From NCBI GenBank assembly GCA_040954595.2, contig CM082592.2, forward strand, positions 11,751,912 through 11,815,911: a stretch of 64,000 nt of DNA, given 5' to 3'. The stretch comes from Balanoglossus misakiensis. Its lineage: Eukaryota; Animalia; Hemichordata. A program made the translations under genes and the position numbers. Each line of letters opens with the position of its first letter. Position 1 is the first letter of the stretch. Under the pieces are notes generated by a model that did not search any database, was not told where the DNA came from, and saw only the letters and a program-made list of their open reading frames with translations. Positions 19,332 through 34,900 of the stretch are shown piece by piece.

Positions 19332-21413
19332 CTGCAAAATATATATATCAGTGTACTTCGACGATCGACAGACCTGCGCACACATTGGACAATAATCCGC
19401 ACACGTCACTCACTTACGAACAAAAGAGCATCGACACATTCTCTTTCTCGTTGTGAGGCATCCTGCATCTCAGCGATGGCAATTTTGCAATGTCGTGGGG
19501 TTTGCCGTTTAGCTGGAGCAATTGTTGCGACACCTACCCTACAAATCAAACCCGGGGTCATCGACGGTTCGTATTCGTGAAGAATACGTGCGGCCTGTGT
19601 TTGTTTACGCTATGTTGTCAGCGGCATAAATTTAGAGATTCTTTACATGAATAAATATTCATTATCTCAAACTTTGAGACCGCGAAGTGTACATATGCTA
19701 TCCATTCTACTATATGTACACCTAATGTGCTAAATATAGCGATCACAGCCCTCATGAGTTTTCTCTATGGACTTATCTGAGTTGAAGCCGCGAGAATCAA
19801 CATTATCGGAACAATTTTAACACGTGCACAAACTGCACTGCAGGCACCGTTTGTGGAGTTCAAAGTTTGAAAATGCGTTGGAATGTTGAGTATGCTGGAC
19901 CAAAGTGTCTTGCCAGCAATATAGGTCAGCTTTTCAATGATGTGTTATGGTGAATAATACTTGATTGATAAAGAATCTCATGAACTAATAAAACTTTAAA
20001 ATGCACACTTCGAAAAAACATTGCGAGAGAAGATTGCGAGAGAAGAGAGAGACATCAACAACGAAAGAGATTGACAACAAAAAGAAAAGATTGACATATT
20101 TTGTAATTTCATGTAATTTGATGTGCGTATAATGCTTCCCTATATTATACGAGTTTGTGTGTCACTTTATCACAGAAGGCAGTAACACGGCCTGAGATTC
20201 AGAGCATATTCGACTAACCATGCGACTGATGACAAAACGCACGTGTCATAAAGACCAATGCACGTGGACAAATTGACTTCGTAGAACAAGATGTATGATG
20301 GCGGTACATTGTATTTCTTATCGTCTGGGTAGGAAATGATTTGCTATCGGTGTGAGATACCACCACATTTATTTCTCTGAACGTGGGAATGTATATAAAA
20401 ATGACCACGCCTTTCTGTCCCTCGAACTAGATCAGTAAGCCGCCAGATTATATGATATTTCAGAGTCAGAAATGAAGTTAGAGAGGAACTGTATTAGACA
20501 ACATTGAACCCGAGATTTTGTCTTTTTCGTAACAGCATTACTAAACCTCTTAATTTTCAATGTGCACCGTGACCAGTTGCCAATTATAATAAGCAAAACA
20601 AGATTGTCCTCATTTCGCCTTATAACTTAAAACCATGCCGTTGTTCCACTAAAACAACACATTCTGCATGGTAACGGCTGATAATAGCTTTTTCTTAGAA
20701 TGACAATAATAATTTAATTTCGATTAACGTCCCATGAACATTTAATTGACCTGAATATTGGAAATAGAGAGCGCGATGCAATAAGCTAATGACGTGTTTA
20801 TAACCCTCTTGTAGTAATAACCTATGTTTGAAGTGTTAAACAGATTACAGATATCCACCAAAATTAATATTTTTGAAAATTTTGAAAAGGGAATTCGTAA
20901 AGGTAGAAGTATAACATATTGTGTATTACATTGTCTATTTGTTCCAGCTAACATCTGTTGTAAGATTGAAATAATCAAATATTCATAAAAATGCATGAAA
21001 TATGTATATTCATAACACAGTTATATTTTATGCAAACATTTGTTGAATTAGAATAACCCAGTTGTTATAAACTGTGAATATTAATACAAAACGTTTTTTA
21101 CTTTTTAATGAATCATCAAATCCCAAATGTGTATTTAAGAAGTCGCGTTGATTGTTTGACTGGCGGCATCGCGATCTGTGTGTATTGCAAAGCGTTCTGC
21201 ACCACCGCCTGTGACTGTTGCTGTTTGGCTGTAATGACTTTGTTATTAAACATCTCTAATTTCACTGTTTCGCACCTTAACTATCGCTGCGGCTTGAACA
21301 AGGCAAATCCGACGACGCCACACAGCGATTGGAAAGTCAACGTGCGAAACCACAGGGTCACGTGTTTGCAACGGAAAGAGGTGGTCGAGCGTACCGTTTT
21401 AGACTGGCCGCCG

Positions 21414-21414
<1 letters not shown>

Positions 21415-21474
<60 letters not shown>

Positions 21475-21480
21475 GGTGGT
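21415..21480. repeat. (GAT)15(GGT)7 compound microsatellite
   Basis: Seen directly; explains the spurious poly-Met/Val ORF. Confidence 0.95.
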
Positions 21481-24400
21481 TTTGGTGATGGCGGCGGCAA
21501 GGGTGGTTTTTGGTGGTTTTGGTGTTGGCGGCGGCGAGGGTGATGACAATGGTGGTGGTGGTGCGAGGGGGGGGGGGTGTAAGATTAAAGCTTACTGAAC
21601 AGAAATTCTAAACCCATGAGAGGAGCGCTACTCACCACAAGTGTGGACTTTCGTCCATGAATTTCCCTGACAAGATTTGGTTTAAACGTGTGTCTGACTG
21701 TGGTGTCCATTGGTCACTTGTATAAATTATTCTAGTCTTGTGAGCGGTTGGAGCTCGTGACAGACACCAATGAACACTTCACATGGTATATCGATAAACA
21801 AGATTTGTGATGGGTATTTCATCATCCTGTGATAGCTTCGCTGCAACGTTTATTTTGGCCGGGTGAGATGTAGGACAAAAGGGGTCAGGGATTCTAATGA
21901 GATAGCTGGTGGATGGATGGATATTTCTGACTATTTAGTCACTGTTCAACGTGTGTGTCGAATGAGATGTTTGTTACAGACTTATTGAAATGAGCCAAAG
22001 AACCATTTCTTATAAACATATTAGTCCTACAGAGGGCGACAATCAACGAGCGTATTTATGACCACTGCAAATACGCACGATTAATAAACGATATAATTGT
22101 CATTCTATGTGCGTATTTTAAATGACTGGTCAGAATCTAGGAGACAAGGAAAACGTTGTACATGATATTGATAATTTGCAGGGTTATCGAAATATATGAC
22201 GTTACCATAACGACACATCGATAAACCAAATATCATAGATGAAGTATGCAGTGTTTATACTTGCGCCAGCCATTAATTTGTTAAAATAATACATTTATGA
22301 ATACTCTGTTCATATTTCCATTAATTATTGGGGGTAAAAATACAAGGAGAGGGGAGGGATACGGGGCTAACACAGCCCTTGCTATTGCCGGCAGTGAACG
22401 GATAACGAGTTTCCTCCAAGTGGGCAACCTCAAAGTCTGTGAGCGACGGCTGCATTGCATGTAATCAATCACTTGTGCTATATGCTAGACTCGTGCTATT
22501 CGATTAGTCCCTACTTCTATCAAACTAGGACAATCGATTACAGAAAGTTTGTTCACATCGAGGGGTGATGCATTGTTTGGGTATGGTGACCGACCGCTGG
22601 GCCCATTGCAGATGACAAACTTGAGAGCACCAATGAAGATTGACATTGAGAAGGAAATTACGATTTGTGCATAAATGCAGAAATCGCTTTTTTCCCGACG
22701 TGAATGGTTCCTTTGGTGGCACGAGAGCCATTCGACTGAAAATCGGCTTCAAACGAGAAGGAAATGTTGATGAAATGATTACTTGTGCTCGGCAGGTGAC
22801 AATCTTTCACTCGCTCTCAACCGGTCATCCCTTCACTCATTTTGACGAAACACGCGACCCTTCCAGACTTTACATTCTGTGCGACTGAGACTGAGAGAGG
22901 CCCCCATACATTGACACAACTGTTTGTTCAGACTACATTCAAACGACAACCTGGCATACAGAGGATATTGTATGCTCTGCGATTTTGTTTGAAATTGCAC
23001 GCCCGGAGAGGGCCCTTTTGTATGAGATCACAGTCCGTGAAATATTTTAGTGGGATTAGATGTTTGTGAAGTTTACGCCCCACACTGGCTAGGCTGTGCA
23101 TGATACAACATTTTCAACAACATCGAAGACGACGGCTATGCACCTTTTCCTGTCTTATACCTGCAGTGTACATATACTCCAAAAGAAACGTTCAAAAAGA
23201 TCCATTTATATTACCCGTCGAAGGGGTGTCCCGGCCTTTGTTGGTCCCCTCAGAGATGACTTTTTGAGATCAAGTTATTAATTATTAATAATTATATTTT
23301 TCCAAAATAAAAATACGAAGAACTTTCTCTGAACGGCACATTTTTATGAGGACAAGTCTTTTTTTTTACAACAGCATGATTTCAAATCGATTTTGCACGA
23401 CTATTTGCGTAACGTGTATTCGTTGTGGGTGTTAGGAAACAAATATGGAACGTGACAGAATGAAAGGAGATGGCAACGATATTCATCGCTACAGCTGAGC
23501 AGTGTCGGGACTGTCGCTGGGGTCTGCTCTCAACAGAAAGGCCCGACGTGTCTGTCCTCAAAACATTCTGAGAAACACAATAGCCAGGATATAAAGACGC
23601 TTTGAGGTCTTACAACAGGCGCGGGTCTGCTGAAGTTTGCAAATCGCGCGGCGTTTATGCGATTTTGGTGTTCAAAGCACGGGGGATCTTCTTTTCTGTT
23701 GACTCTTTGTAAACGACTTAATTGCGGATTAAGAAGAACATCCCTGCGTTGATTGGCTAGAAGATTTTTTCACTCCAGTAACGTCGTTCTTTTGCGTTTG
23801 GTTAAACGTACGCCACCTGGTTTACTGCAACAGCTTAGCGTCGTATTAAACTTCTCGTCACATTTCTTCGTTTTTGGTAAAGTTTGGCATAAAAGGATCT
23901 AGGTTTAGAGAGGAGGTGATTTAATTAATTGTATATTTTTATGAATCATACAGCCTTCTTATACGTAGCACAGATACCAGTTTTCGTCATATTGGTTTTA
24001 TTCAAATAGTAAACAAATACAAATAAAACCAATTCAATAATATCTATTTGAAATAACACCGTGACTGTGTTCGGAGTTGTTATTTTATACCAAATGTTTA
24101 TGTTAAACCACAATCAGCTTGAGCTTGTAAAATAGAAATCTGAATATTCAAAACACATCCCCCGGCACTTACGAACAAGGATGACCAGACAAGTCGTCTG
24201 CACATGCGCGCTTGCACTCAGTCCATAGTTTGTTTAGATGCGACACAATACTGTTAGTACAACATGGAGGTTTAAATGTGTGTATAAAGAACTCCTGGGC
24301 GAATATAAAGTGTTTTTCTCAATCAAAACAACAGAGATTTGACTACTGAACTGCAAAAAATGCGCTTTTCAACGGATATTCTAATTTTTAAATGAGGCCA

Positions 24401-27132
24401 GTTGCATTATTCTGGCAACATTTGTTGGATTCAACGAAATTTTCACAACAAAAATCGGATTTGTCTAGGTTACACGGTGAACAATATTGGTTCTTTACAA
24501 TATTGGTTCTTTGTCGAAAAATGTCAGTTTTTGACTTTTATTTTTAATCAAACATGTAGATATCAATTCCTAAAGTTTCAGACATATTTATCAGGAAATT
24601 GTTCGCCCGGTTTGAATGCGCACGAGAGTAAGAACTCCATTGGGACGACTGACCCTGGTCATTGTTCTGATAATCCCCACCGTGGTGTATTTTTATGGAC
24701 AGCTTGATCACCCCGAGATGATGGCGCATTGCTTATGTACACCGTCGGTTAAACCCGGATTTATTGCTGCAATGTTTTTGTTATATTACAGCAGCTAAAG
24801 ATCTGTGTTTTCTCTACAATACCGACAGAGAGGAACGGCGTCATTTGGCACTTTTCAGTCAGCTCGATCGAGGCGCATTCTTGTCCGCGCATCATTTTAC
24901 GACATAACGTCATGGTATCATTCCGCCTGGGCTTGCGTGTACTAGATTCGTTAGACGGAATTTGACCATGCTTATTTACCTGAGATGGAGGGCATTTCGA
25001 TTCTACTGTATTTTCGTCGACTGGAAAATTAGAAACAAACAAAAGATCCATAAAATGCACATCATGAGTGCCGAAATTTAGTGCTAAAAATATTGTTGTC
25101 TTGGTTTAATTGTGGTACAACTAAATATATTTGTTTCCGACCTTGACGTAATTAACAATGGTTCATCAGCACAGAGTTCTTCATACCCTGTTAACGATAT
25201 GAAACTCAAAAGACCAAAATAGCGGAATAAAATGAATAGTCTCCATTTTCGATGGTTGTCGCTTCTCTGTACTGTTGCCATAAATCTGATTAAAATAAAT
25301 ATGTTTACTACAGCAAGGAATAAAACATTTTTACTACGGTTATTTGTGCCTTGTCACCTACCATGAAAATTGTTTGACTAGGATCTATATTTAGAAATGG
25401 TTTGTGTTTTACGAATGTCTCTTACCGTACAAGCACGATAATGTACATTTAACGAACATAATAATACAATTTTTGTCAATCACAACACGAATGAGTGACT
25501 TTTTAAGTGCATTGTTTTTCCTTATTCCCTCGACGTTTAAAAAAGGTAAAATAAATGACCTTTGCTATCGCGTGATTTTACACCGAAATATGCGAATATT
25601 TCAACAAATGTCGATACGATGAACATAACACAAAAATGTCTCCGCTGCAGAAAATTCGACATTTTCCAAGCCTTGTGGATTCCACGACGAGAGCGAGATT
25701 ACGATTTTGACGACAAAGACCGACACGATCTGAACTATGAATCACTGCGCACGGCTGTATAGATTTGAGAATTTAGCCTTTTTAGCAAGGAACACTAGTT
25801 TTACCTCTTGGAAAGACAAAACCAGTGTTTTGCTTTTCCCTTTTTTCAAGCGAAATTGGTAACGAGGAGAACCCAATAAAAACATGTGATTTCTTTATGT
25901 AATATTTTATGGCGTCACATGCACCTATGGATCGCATTAGGAAAGAGATGACTCAACCGATTGTTGTTATACCCTGGCAATACCTTGGCCTAACTCAGTA
26001 CTTCATATAGTTTCATAAATTTAAGGGTTCTTTGACTAATATGTGGACAAACAAGAATTTTACCGAGAAAATACCACAGTGCGATCAGAGCCTGAATCAC
26101 TCTTCATGCATACACCTGGTCAGCATGGCACTAGTATAGAAGATATAACAGGAGAAAAAGTTTGGTTTATTAGTCTGCCATCTACACAAAGACAATGTTT
26201 TCTGTATTTTATTTTTCCCATTGCGTTTAACATCGGTCTTGCAGCTGTTTATTAAGCATTTCATGACTGAGTGTTACCAATAGTCCCAGTGGATTTCCTT
26301 GGCACAAGATGGCCTCCATGCAGGCCAAGATGACGACAACAAGAACAATAGGAGAATCTCTTGGGGTATGTAGTCACCATCTACGCCCCAGACTTTCTCA
26401 CGGGGGATCGGTAAGAAAACATTGTACCTCGCTATAAGCCCATTAATCCATGCCTGAATTACCTGTAAAACGATGCTTGTGGTTGAGATCACGCAAATAA
26501 ATAACTTTAATTTAGAAATTTCCAAGTTTTGACTTTTATTGTGCTTGGGCTGGACTAGTCTCGACGGCCATTGTTTACAACAACTACTGCCGGTCTCTAG
26601 AGTGACTGGCAATTCTGATTGTTGGGTTCGACTACGACCCTCGGGATTTGGCCTTACCCAAAGGACGCCATCTTTTGAGCTGGCATGACCACTGGTCAAT
26701 GAACAGCATATATAAGATCTATTTAAGATCATAGCGACCACGACTTCACAGAAATGGCATTTGAGACAAAAATCAGATATTAAACGAGGATTGGATTGAT
26801 TACTTGTGTATACATACGGGCACCTTTATTCCAATATGTTCGTATGTCTGTAAACGTCGAACGCATACAGTCTATACGCAAACGATAATACATTCTGAAA
26901 TCGAGTCATAATATATATTTTAATTTGCGACTATAAAACTAGGTTGTGTACTTACACCTGCTTGATAAGTCAATTATTATCAAATTATTGCTGATAAACA
27001 TTATATTGTTATATTTTATGAGATTTCGAAACGTGGTGAATTTTAGTTTCAGAATTCCATAGAACTGAATGCCACAAACGAAGATGTGCGGATAATGCCG
27101 TATTTCATTAGAATCCCTGTATGAAGTCAGTA

Positions 27133-27134
<2 letters not shown>

Positions 27135-27221
<87 letters not shown>
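27135..27221. repeat. (GAT)~29 microsatellite
   Basis: Seen directly. Confidence 0.95.
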
Positions 27222-27223
<2 letters not shown>

Positions 27224-28309
27224 CGAACAAAAAGAGAACAAGTGAATCTTTCCATAAAAGGAGCTATCATGCGAACTCGCAAAGGAAAGAATCAATTAAT
27301 CGATCATTCTGTACAAGTCTGTGTTAACTGCCTGTAACATGGTAGAAAACCAAACTTGTACCATATACCATCGATAATACAGAAGCGGTGAAGGCAAACG
27401 AGACCCATATTTACAACGTGCGACTGGCGTGGTGACGAGTTGTCGCATTCTGGTTCTTTGGATCAATTGCTGGTATATCCGACCCCAGAGCGAGCGTTAA
27501 ACGCAGGCAATTCTTGAGACCCTGACTTTTGCAACGTCTGTACAGACCGTCTTGATTAAGTATAGTTAAGTGATTTGCAAAATTTATACCAAATTTTCCG
27601 GGGGGAATATGTACAACCGCTTGATTTTACATGAATTTTTAAAATTGAGGCGGACAATACACGTCGATGTGTAGTGTAAGCAGATCGTAGATCGATGTTC
27701 AACACGCTAATGCTTGTTCTCACTGCGAGGGTTGACGTATATTTATTCTTGGACATGGGGTCTTTGAATTATTGCCAGCATAAACAACCATGTCCCAAAT
27801 TACACCTATAATATTCAACAGTTCTAGGATAAGTATATTGGGATTAACTGTTTGGGGGGGGGGGCACATAGATCAAGATCTGTTCGTGGTCTTTTTGAAT
27901 TCTGACTGTTTTGAAATGCGCGATACAATCAATATCTGTATGTAGGGCTGGTGTATAGTTTACGGCAACCCATTTGGTAATTCTTCCTTACCAGTGAAAT
28001 TTTTGAATCCTTAATGAGACGCGAAAATGATAAGTTGTCGTCACTAAGGACTAAAGGAAAGTCGGTCAGCCAAGAGATCAATTTAGCCGACTGCGTATCT
28101 GCAATAATTCTGTAATTTACAGGGGAGCGCCATTAAACTTTCAAATTTCGGCCGGTGAATCACACAAAGCACCGAACCGACCAACCTTATCTGAAAGTGT
28201 TAGAAGTCAGACACACTCAAGGATCGTTGTAGAAAAATTATGACTGCAATAACATTAACAGTCGTTTTCATTTGACTTTCAGCCAAGGCAAACATGGACA
28301 GAGAATACA

Positions 28310-28355
28310 TCTCTCTCTCTCTCTCTCTCTCTCCCTCTCTCTCTTTCTCTCTCTC
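28310..28355. repeat. (CT)n microsatellite
   Basis: Seen directly. Confidence 0.9.
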
Positions 28356-28729
28356 ATTTTATAGATGTAAACAGCGATGGCAATCACAAAGATGTTGTGC
28401 TTGAATACACACAAATAAACATCGATATTTGTATAAGTGCGATTGGGCGATGTGAAAATGAAATTCAATATAAATACTCATTGGTCGAAATGAAAATGAT
28501 GTTAATTTTATCTTGGCATCTTTTGTCTTGATGTTATGTTCAGTATCAGTGAAAACTATAGCAAGGTATGGAATGGTGATTGTACAGATTGTATCTTTAC
28601 AAGTACTAGTATATGGTAAACTATGTGATTGTCGACAGTTTGATCGAGCATGGTACTCGTCTGTTCAGAGCATATTACAATTTTGGCTCGTCGGTTAACA
28701 TGAACATTCTACCGGTGTTTGGGACTCAC

Positions 28730-28965
28730 CGTAGGGCTTGCGGAAGGACTGGGTCTAGCTCCTGCCGTTTTCCAGCGCAGCCGATGACAACGGGACGGCG
28801 GTGTTCAGCGTAGCACAACATGCGGCATCGGCGGTTTTATTTAGCAACGTAGATTACTCTGCCGCACAGGACTTGGTGGTGTAAACGGGGTCGGGCTCTT
28901 GATTGGCTCGCCGGCCACTAACCTGGAACGGTAACAACGCAGTGGAACTGAGTTGACAGGTCACA
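28730..28965 (-). promoter_or_regulatory. CpG/GC-rich candidate promoter and first exon, probably a distal start of the nuclear receptor
   Basis: Local GC/CpG enrichment, CCAAT on the minus strand (GATTGG at 28901), an AGGTCA half-site near 28958, a strong donor CG|GTGAGT at 28730/28729, and an ATG at 28821 in frame with the downstream receptor exons. Confidence 0.45.
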
Positions 28966-31900
28966 CGCCGTTATTCATAAGAAGGTGTGACAAGGCACTG
29001 CCTCGCACACAACCGAATCAATCATGCCAGTTTTGTAGCCTATGTTTAAACATTCGGTTGGAGCACAGTAAGAGCGGTCGTTAAAAGAAAAAAAAACATA
29101 CAGTCCCATTTGAATGTTCCACGACGCTTTTGCTGTATGACTACTGGATGTGTTTGCTAGTTGCAATCGCCTGCGGTCAAAATCGACACAAGGACAAGGG
29201 CAAGGTCTACTAAGTTATTAGTTGTTGGGGATGAACTTTTACATGTATCGTCAATGCAATTGGTAACTCAGTATTATTGTACTACAATAAAAAGTAATGC
29301 TCCTTTGAAGACAAACATGAGTCAAGCGACCCACAAAGTTCGACAAAACTCAATTTCTTTATTGCACAATGTATTTTTTTTCTAAATTTTACGGTGTTTC
29401 TCACAAACAACGGAAACATTTGTTAATGATTAACAAACACCGCTGCTGAAAATATGTGCTTTCTAAATGGGCAATGATTTACTACCGATGCAGTAGTCAA
29501 ACCAAGTTGGTGGGGAAGCTTTTACTAACACATTTGAATGAAGGATGTTAATCGCACACAGGATCACACACAAGTCCACAGTATACAAGCACAACAATAA
29601 AGCACGGAATCAAGTTTTGGGGTCAAGTCTGAAATCAGTCGATTCAACGTCATCGGGCGATTTTTTCCCGTTCCTCGGTGTTTCTGCAATCTAGAACAAT
29701 AAAATGCGCCCATAAACCGTGTGAATAATGGGTTTATAACCACGTTCGAATCCAGCTATTGATTTCTACTGGGTAAACCACAGACTCCGTGTGATGCTGC
29801 GGCCCACGTTATGTTTGCACTATCGATAGTTGACTTCGACCACATGTTTTCAAAACTGTTGAACCAAAACGTCACAACGTCGCTGCTAATCTCACTCCAC
29901 CTCGTTCCGTCTGCCTCCAGAGTTAGCATCCATTTTAACATACAGTATAATCATCAATCTTGCCATGTTGCATGTAGGCCTACACCGACCGGAATTATTT
30001 CTGTCTGCGACGGCTTTAGCAGTATTGCCAACGCAAATAACCCATATTTGGAAGAAAAAACATTACAGAGAAAAGACTCACAATGCAACAACTTATAGTG
30101 TCGTGGAAAGTTTTCTTAGCATTATGAAATCGGAAAGCAACTTTACAAAAACAAAGGTTCTGTCCTCAAAGTCCAGACAATGATGATTGTGTTCAGAAAA
30201 AATAAATGTATTGTTTTGGCCACAAAACCACCATTCGATTTTCAGTTGCAAGTTTGACGTCATCGTTCTTTACTTCCAAAACAGATTGAGTGTTTTCTGT
30301 TTTTACGATGTCACTGCTGGCGGATTAAATTATTGGATACTTAAATATTAAAGTATTGTATTGTGTGCTCATAAATTTGAATAATTTTATAAGTTGACTT
30401 AGATTGAAATTCGATTTTTAGTTCTTTATGAAACAGTGCTATTAACCGGCGGACACAGACAGAGAGAGTTTGCATTTAGAATGATCACTGGTAGAAAGAC
30501 GCACCAACCATATAAAAACCGCAATAAAACCATTGGTTATTTCTGTCGTTCAAACAGTGTCTATAAACAGTTACTACCGATACAGTATTACGGGAAAGGG
30601 CAAAATCCCGCACGTTTAACCGAGCATCGCCAAAGCACTTTTGCCAACTAATTCTATTTTTTTTCATTTTATCAAAATAACCAAGTTATAAAACAAAAAG
30701 AGAACAAATCTAGCTGAAACTTGCAGTGTTACCGAGTGTATATAATGTTGCGTGAGTATCTTCTTTGGCGGTCCAAAAACCTTGTGTGCGAGCGACAATC
30801 CGATCTCATGACGACATAGACAATTGATCCTCGAAACATCATCGAACACCACGCCACAGAGGCTCTCGTTCCACTCGAAACAATTTTCCACAAACCTTAC
30901 ATTCCCACGCCAAAATAGAAATACAAAAAAGTTGCCACTTGTGTTATTTTTTACACCCATCGCTAAATTTAGAAATCGGTCTAATTTGTGATGCCATACA
31001 GTGCACCTAAGTAGTACTGGTTGTTGACTCAACTATAGTACCGCGTGGGACATCCCACGGATCGTCACATGTGACACCGGGAAAATGCAAACCGACGGGG
31101 GCTGATACACGCTGCAACCCGTCTACGGTTATGCTCTCCGTGTAACGCACTGCAGTCGACCGACTTGCTCTATAAGCGTATCGCCCTACAATGCAACCTC
31201 ATGGTCATGTGTTTATTAATTCTATTTGAGGTACTATATGTAACATGAAAGCAGCCCATACCATTGGCGACTGAAACCGATGGCTAAATCAACAAAGCGT
31301 TTTCTTAACTAAATGTGTTGAATGTTAGAGTTTCAGGCGTTGGAATTAAAATATTTGAATACCAGATAATCACTCTGCCAACCAAACTAACGATGAACTA
31401 TACGAGATGAACTTATGCGACAAAGTATTCATGGTGCATATATGATACTTACACACACCTGTGGGAAATCCTATGTCAAATGCAAGGTGATGGAGTGACG
31501 TAAACTTTCGAGGGGGGTACAGACCAACTCAGCCAGACAACTATCACGTCTCCTTCGTGATATATCCCGCCATGCTGTGCGCGTAAGGCACCCCTCCCTA
31601 CTCTCTGCCACGTGCCATTCAGGATTTCGTTTTCAAAGGTCGATGAGCGAGGTATGCAAATAATGATGTCGTGGAGGGTAGGCTTTAGGTTATTATGAGT
31701 CTTTCTGAATTGTGTGTAAACGTGTTTTTTCCCTAATTTATTCACACTAATTATTCCCAAGTGCAGTACATTCGAACCCCAAAATTCAGGTTATAAAACC
31801 ATTAATTCGTTATTGCTTTCATTACACAACGAAATTTGTTTTGCACAGCCAGTGAAAACAATGACAAAACTCCACCGCTGCTGAGGCTTCATCATCATAC

Positions 31901-34900
31901 GACTGGAAGTCGACACTTGGCGATGTTAGTCCTTAACATGCTCATTTCTCATCGCTTGACAAAAATATTACCAATTCCGTCATGCATTACGCCCTTTATT
32001 GATTATCTGTCTGATGTCTGCAACCAACATTTCCGTATGCAGAGAGTTTCGATTATCAATTTTGCAGCCCGAGGGAGTTTAAGAATTTAATTTGCGTTCG
32101 GGGGTCTACTTAAACGGTCTAACTTTTGGTTACAAATGTAATTTTGAACAATTATGATATATCTGAGGGCTGTTATCATACTGAACGTGGTATAGACCGT
32201 CGCCGCAGAGATCAACATGCATAGAGATATTACTCTAAAACAACACACGCTGTTCGTGTATAAACACTGCGGCTGACAAAAATCAGACAGATTTGAATCA
32301 AAGCATAGTGGTCGTTCTGTTGTCTCGTTGACCGGTCTGACGAAAATGTTGACGTTATTATCCTTTGACGGGCGTCTACTTTCACGAAGGACAAGGTTGA
32401 GCTTTTGTGAAATTGTATTGCCCCTTTAACTTTTATACAAACAACCTACACTCACACTTACCCAGGCACTAACATTTTCATTGATCGTTTTCTTACTGAT
32501 ATTACACGTTTCTTTATTGACCGCCATGGTGTAAAAACTGACATCAACGATCACTTTCCGATCTGCCTTTGTAATTATTCACAGTGCCCATCATATTTCA
32601 CATATGACTTCTATAGACCTGCAAACTAGTTTTACGTTGAACAGGTTAAAATAGAAATTATTTTACAATGACTCACACATACACGACAACGTATAATCCC
32701 TTCTATAAAATTGCTTCTCTCGGGAATATTCTGAACTCTGGCAGATTGGGTCTCGGATTAGTTGTTCTGAGGTTATTGTGGACGCGTCGTTGCCTGGTGC
32801 TTTTACGTGCAAGGCCTCCCCTTTTCGTTGGTTTCACAGTCGTCTCATTAACTTGTTTTGGATATCAAAAATGGTTGTCTGCATGTATATCGATACAAAT
32901 CACCCTAACGCCGATTTGAATTTTTGACAATTCGCCTGCGGCGCTATGCTTTCTTGTCGGGTAAATCGAAGTTTTAACAGAATCAACATTTAGTGTGATG
33001 CCTGCCACAGGGACTGTGTTCCAGGCAAGCCGCAGTCATTGTGGGAAAGAACAATATAAAACATTTAAACAAAAATCAATTTACACAACAGACTGTGGTA
33101 TACAGATAGACGCGACGTGACGCCAGCTTCAAAGTGGGTTTAGTTATACCGGGTATATAGACACTCTTGACTTCAAACTATAGCGTTGAGAATAAGGTTT
33201 CGGTGGGTATCGGGCCGACGGTTTCACATCATCCGTCAACGAGCTGGATTTTCTTTCATTCTGCTTTCACGTCAGTATACGCAACCATAGGTATACTAAG
33301 TATAACCCTTCCATGGAAATTTTGGGATACTCTCATCGCTCTGCAGTGAGTCAAATTGCCCATCTTCAAAGAGGGTTGTACCGCGACAAAACGAAATTCC
33401 CAGCCATTTAGGTATGGGCACGATTAGTTTAAAGCGATACCACAGTCAGCAGAAATATGCGCATCGCGTATAGTAACATTACTATAAATATATATTTTCG
33501 TATATGTTTGTTATATTTATTATCGGATATATTTACAATCATCTGTACATTTACAACCCAGTGACCATAGAGCCAGCGATTTTGAGGTGAAACTCTACCA
33601 GTAGAATGGACAGTTGGGGGGATTTTACCTCGTCTTAGTTTAATATCAACTGGCAATTATGAAATACATTAAATACACATGTATACATAATAACAGATTG
33701 ACCTTTGATGATTTGATTGGTAGTAGAATTATAGCGTTATCTGAGGTTGTTTCTTTGGACAGTAGTGACACTGTTTTCAGTTTCACTGAGATAATGATTT
33801 GCGCGGTGATGTTTATTGATGGGAGCCATAGAGTCACTCCTCCGTCACATTCCGAGAAATGTCATCTTTATGTGAAGACGTCATTGTTGAGTTAACATGA
33901 TAGCCGATAGTTTCATTTGAAGGAAAAACATACTATGCTGGCTGAGTCAACCTAATTTGTTCATCCAAGCATGCAATTCATTTCAAATGAAAACATTTAC
34001 ATCTTAACTACACAACGCTATATGAAATATTGTTCCTGTGATCGTTTGTGTGCGGGTGTGTGTAGCTGGATAAAGATATCATGAGCGTTATTCCAAAACC
34101 ACCTGTTAGGGTTAGATCATTCTACATTCAATTTCGGAGACTGTCGCTGATGGCGCTTTCGCACAGAGAAATTCTCTCCAAATTGCAAAGTCTGGGAAAC
34201 TTCATCTCTCCTTGCTGTATAACTTGAATCAAACGCCATAAACACACATCCACCGTAAACTCGTTACATATGGCAATAAATGAAAACATCATAACAGTTG
34301 AAGAGATACCCATGACTCTATTCTCGTTGTTGTGATGTGTTAATGTTATCCAAAAGGCCAGTTATCGCACAGGAAGCGTCAAACGAATTTGGACAAGCAT
34401 TTGCGCTTTTTCTCTCGTTCACTTTCGGTTACCATAAAAGCTGTCGGCAGTCTTAAACTAATTTACAAAATATGGTTATTTTTCTGTCGGCGTCGAAAAC
34501 GATTGAGAATGTGTCAAGTAGGGGAAGTCCAAAAGGCGCTGCTTTGATTTTTCGCAGGACGCATTTGCACAGGATACACGGTTGACTTACATAGACTCGT
34601 CGGTGCTGGTGAGTTTGACCAAAACCGCCAATGTTTCAGAGGTGTGAACGCAGAGGTGCAAAAAAGAGCGGCAAATAGCAAAAAGAACAACTGACACTTT
34701 TCGATTGTTCTCTTGTCAAGTAATTATACTTGAAATGACTCTTCGTTTTTATCGTGTATTCTCGTCAAAATGAAGAAGTAATGGAGACACATGTATAGAA
34801 AAAAGGAAATCATATCAACCCCGTTGGAGATAAAGAAAAACAGAAGAAATTTGAAAGTGTACAGATTAATGAATTATATGTCCATCAGTTCCCACAATGC

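Noticed and set aside
21329-21598. Poly-Met/Val/Gly ORF and antisense poly-Ile/Thr ORF
   Set aside because: Translations of the (GAT)n(GGT)n microsatellite, with no gene context.
26274-26741. 155-aa minus-strand ORF
   Set aside because: Non-ATG start, no recognisable domain and no convincing splice context.
26939-27327. Poly-Ser and poly-Met ORFs
   Set aside because: (GAT)n microsatellite artefacts.
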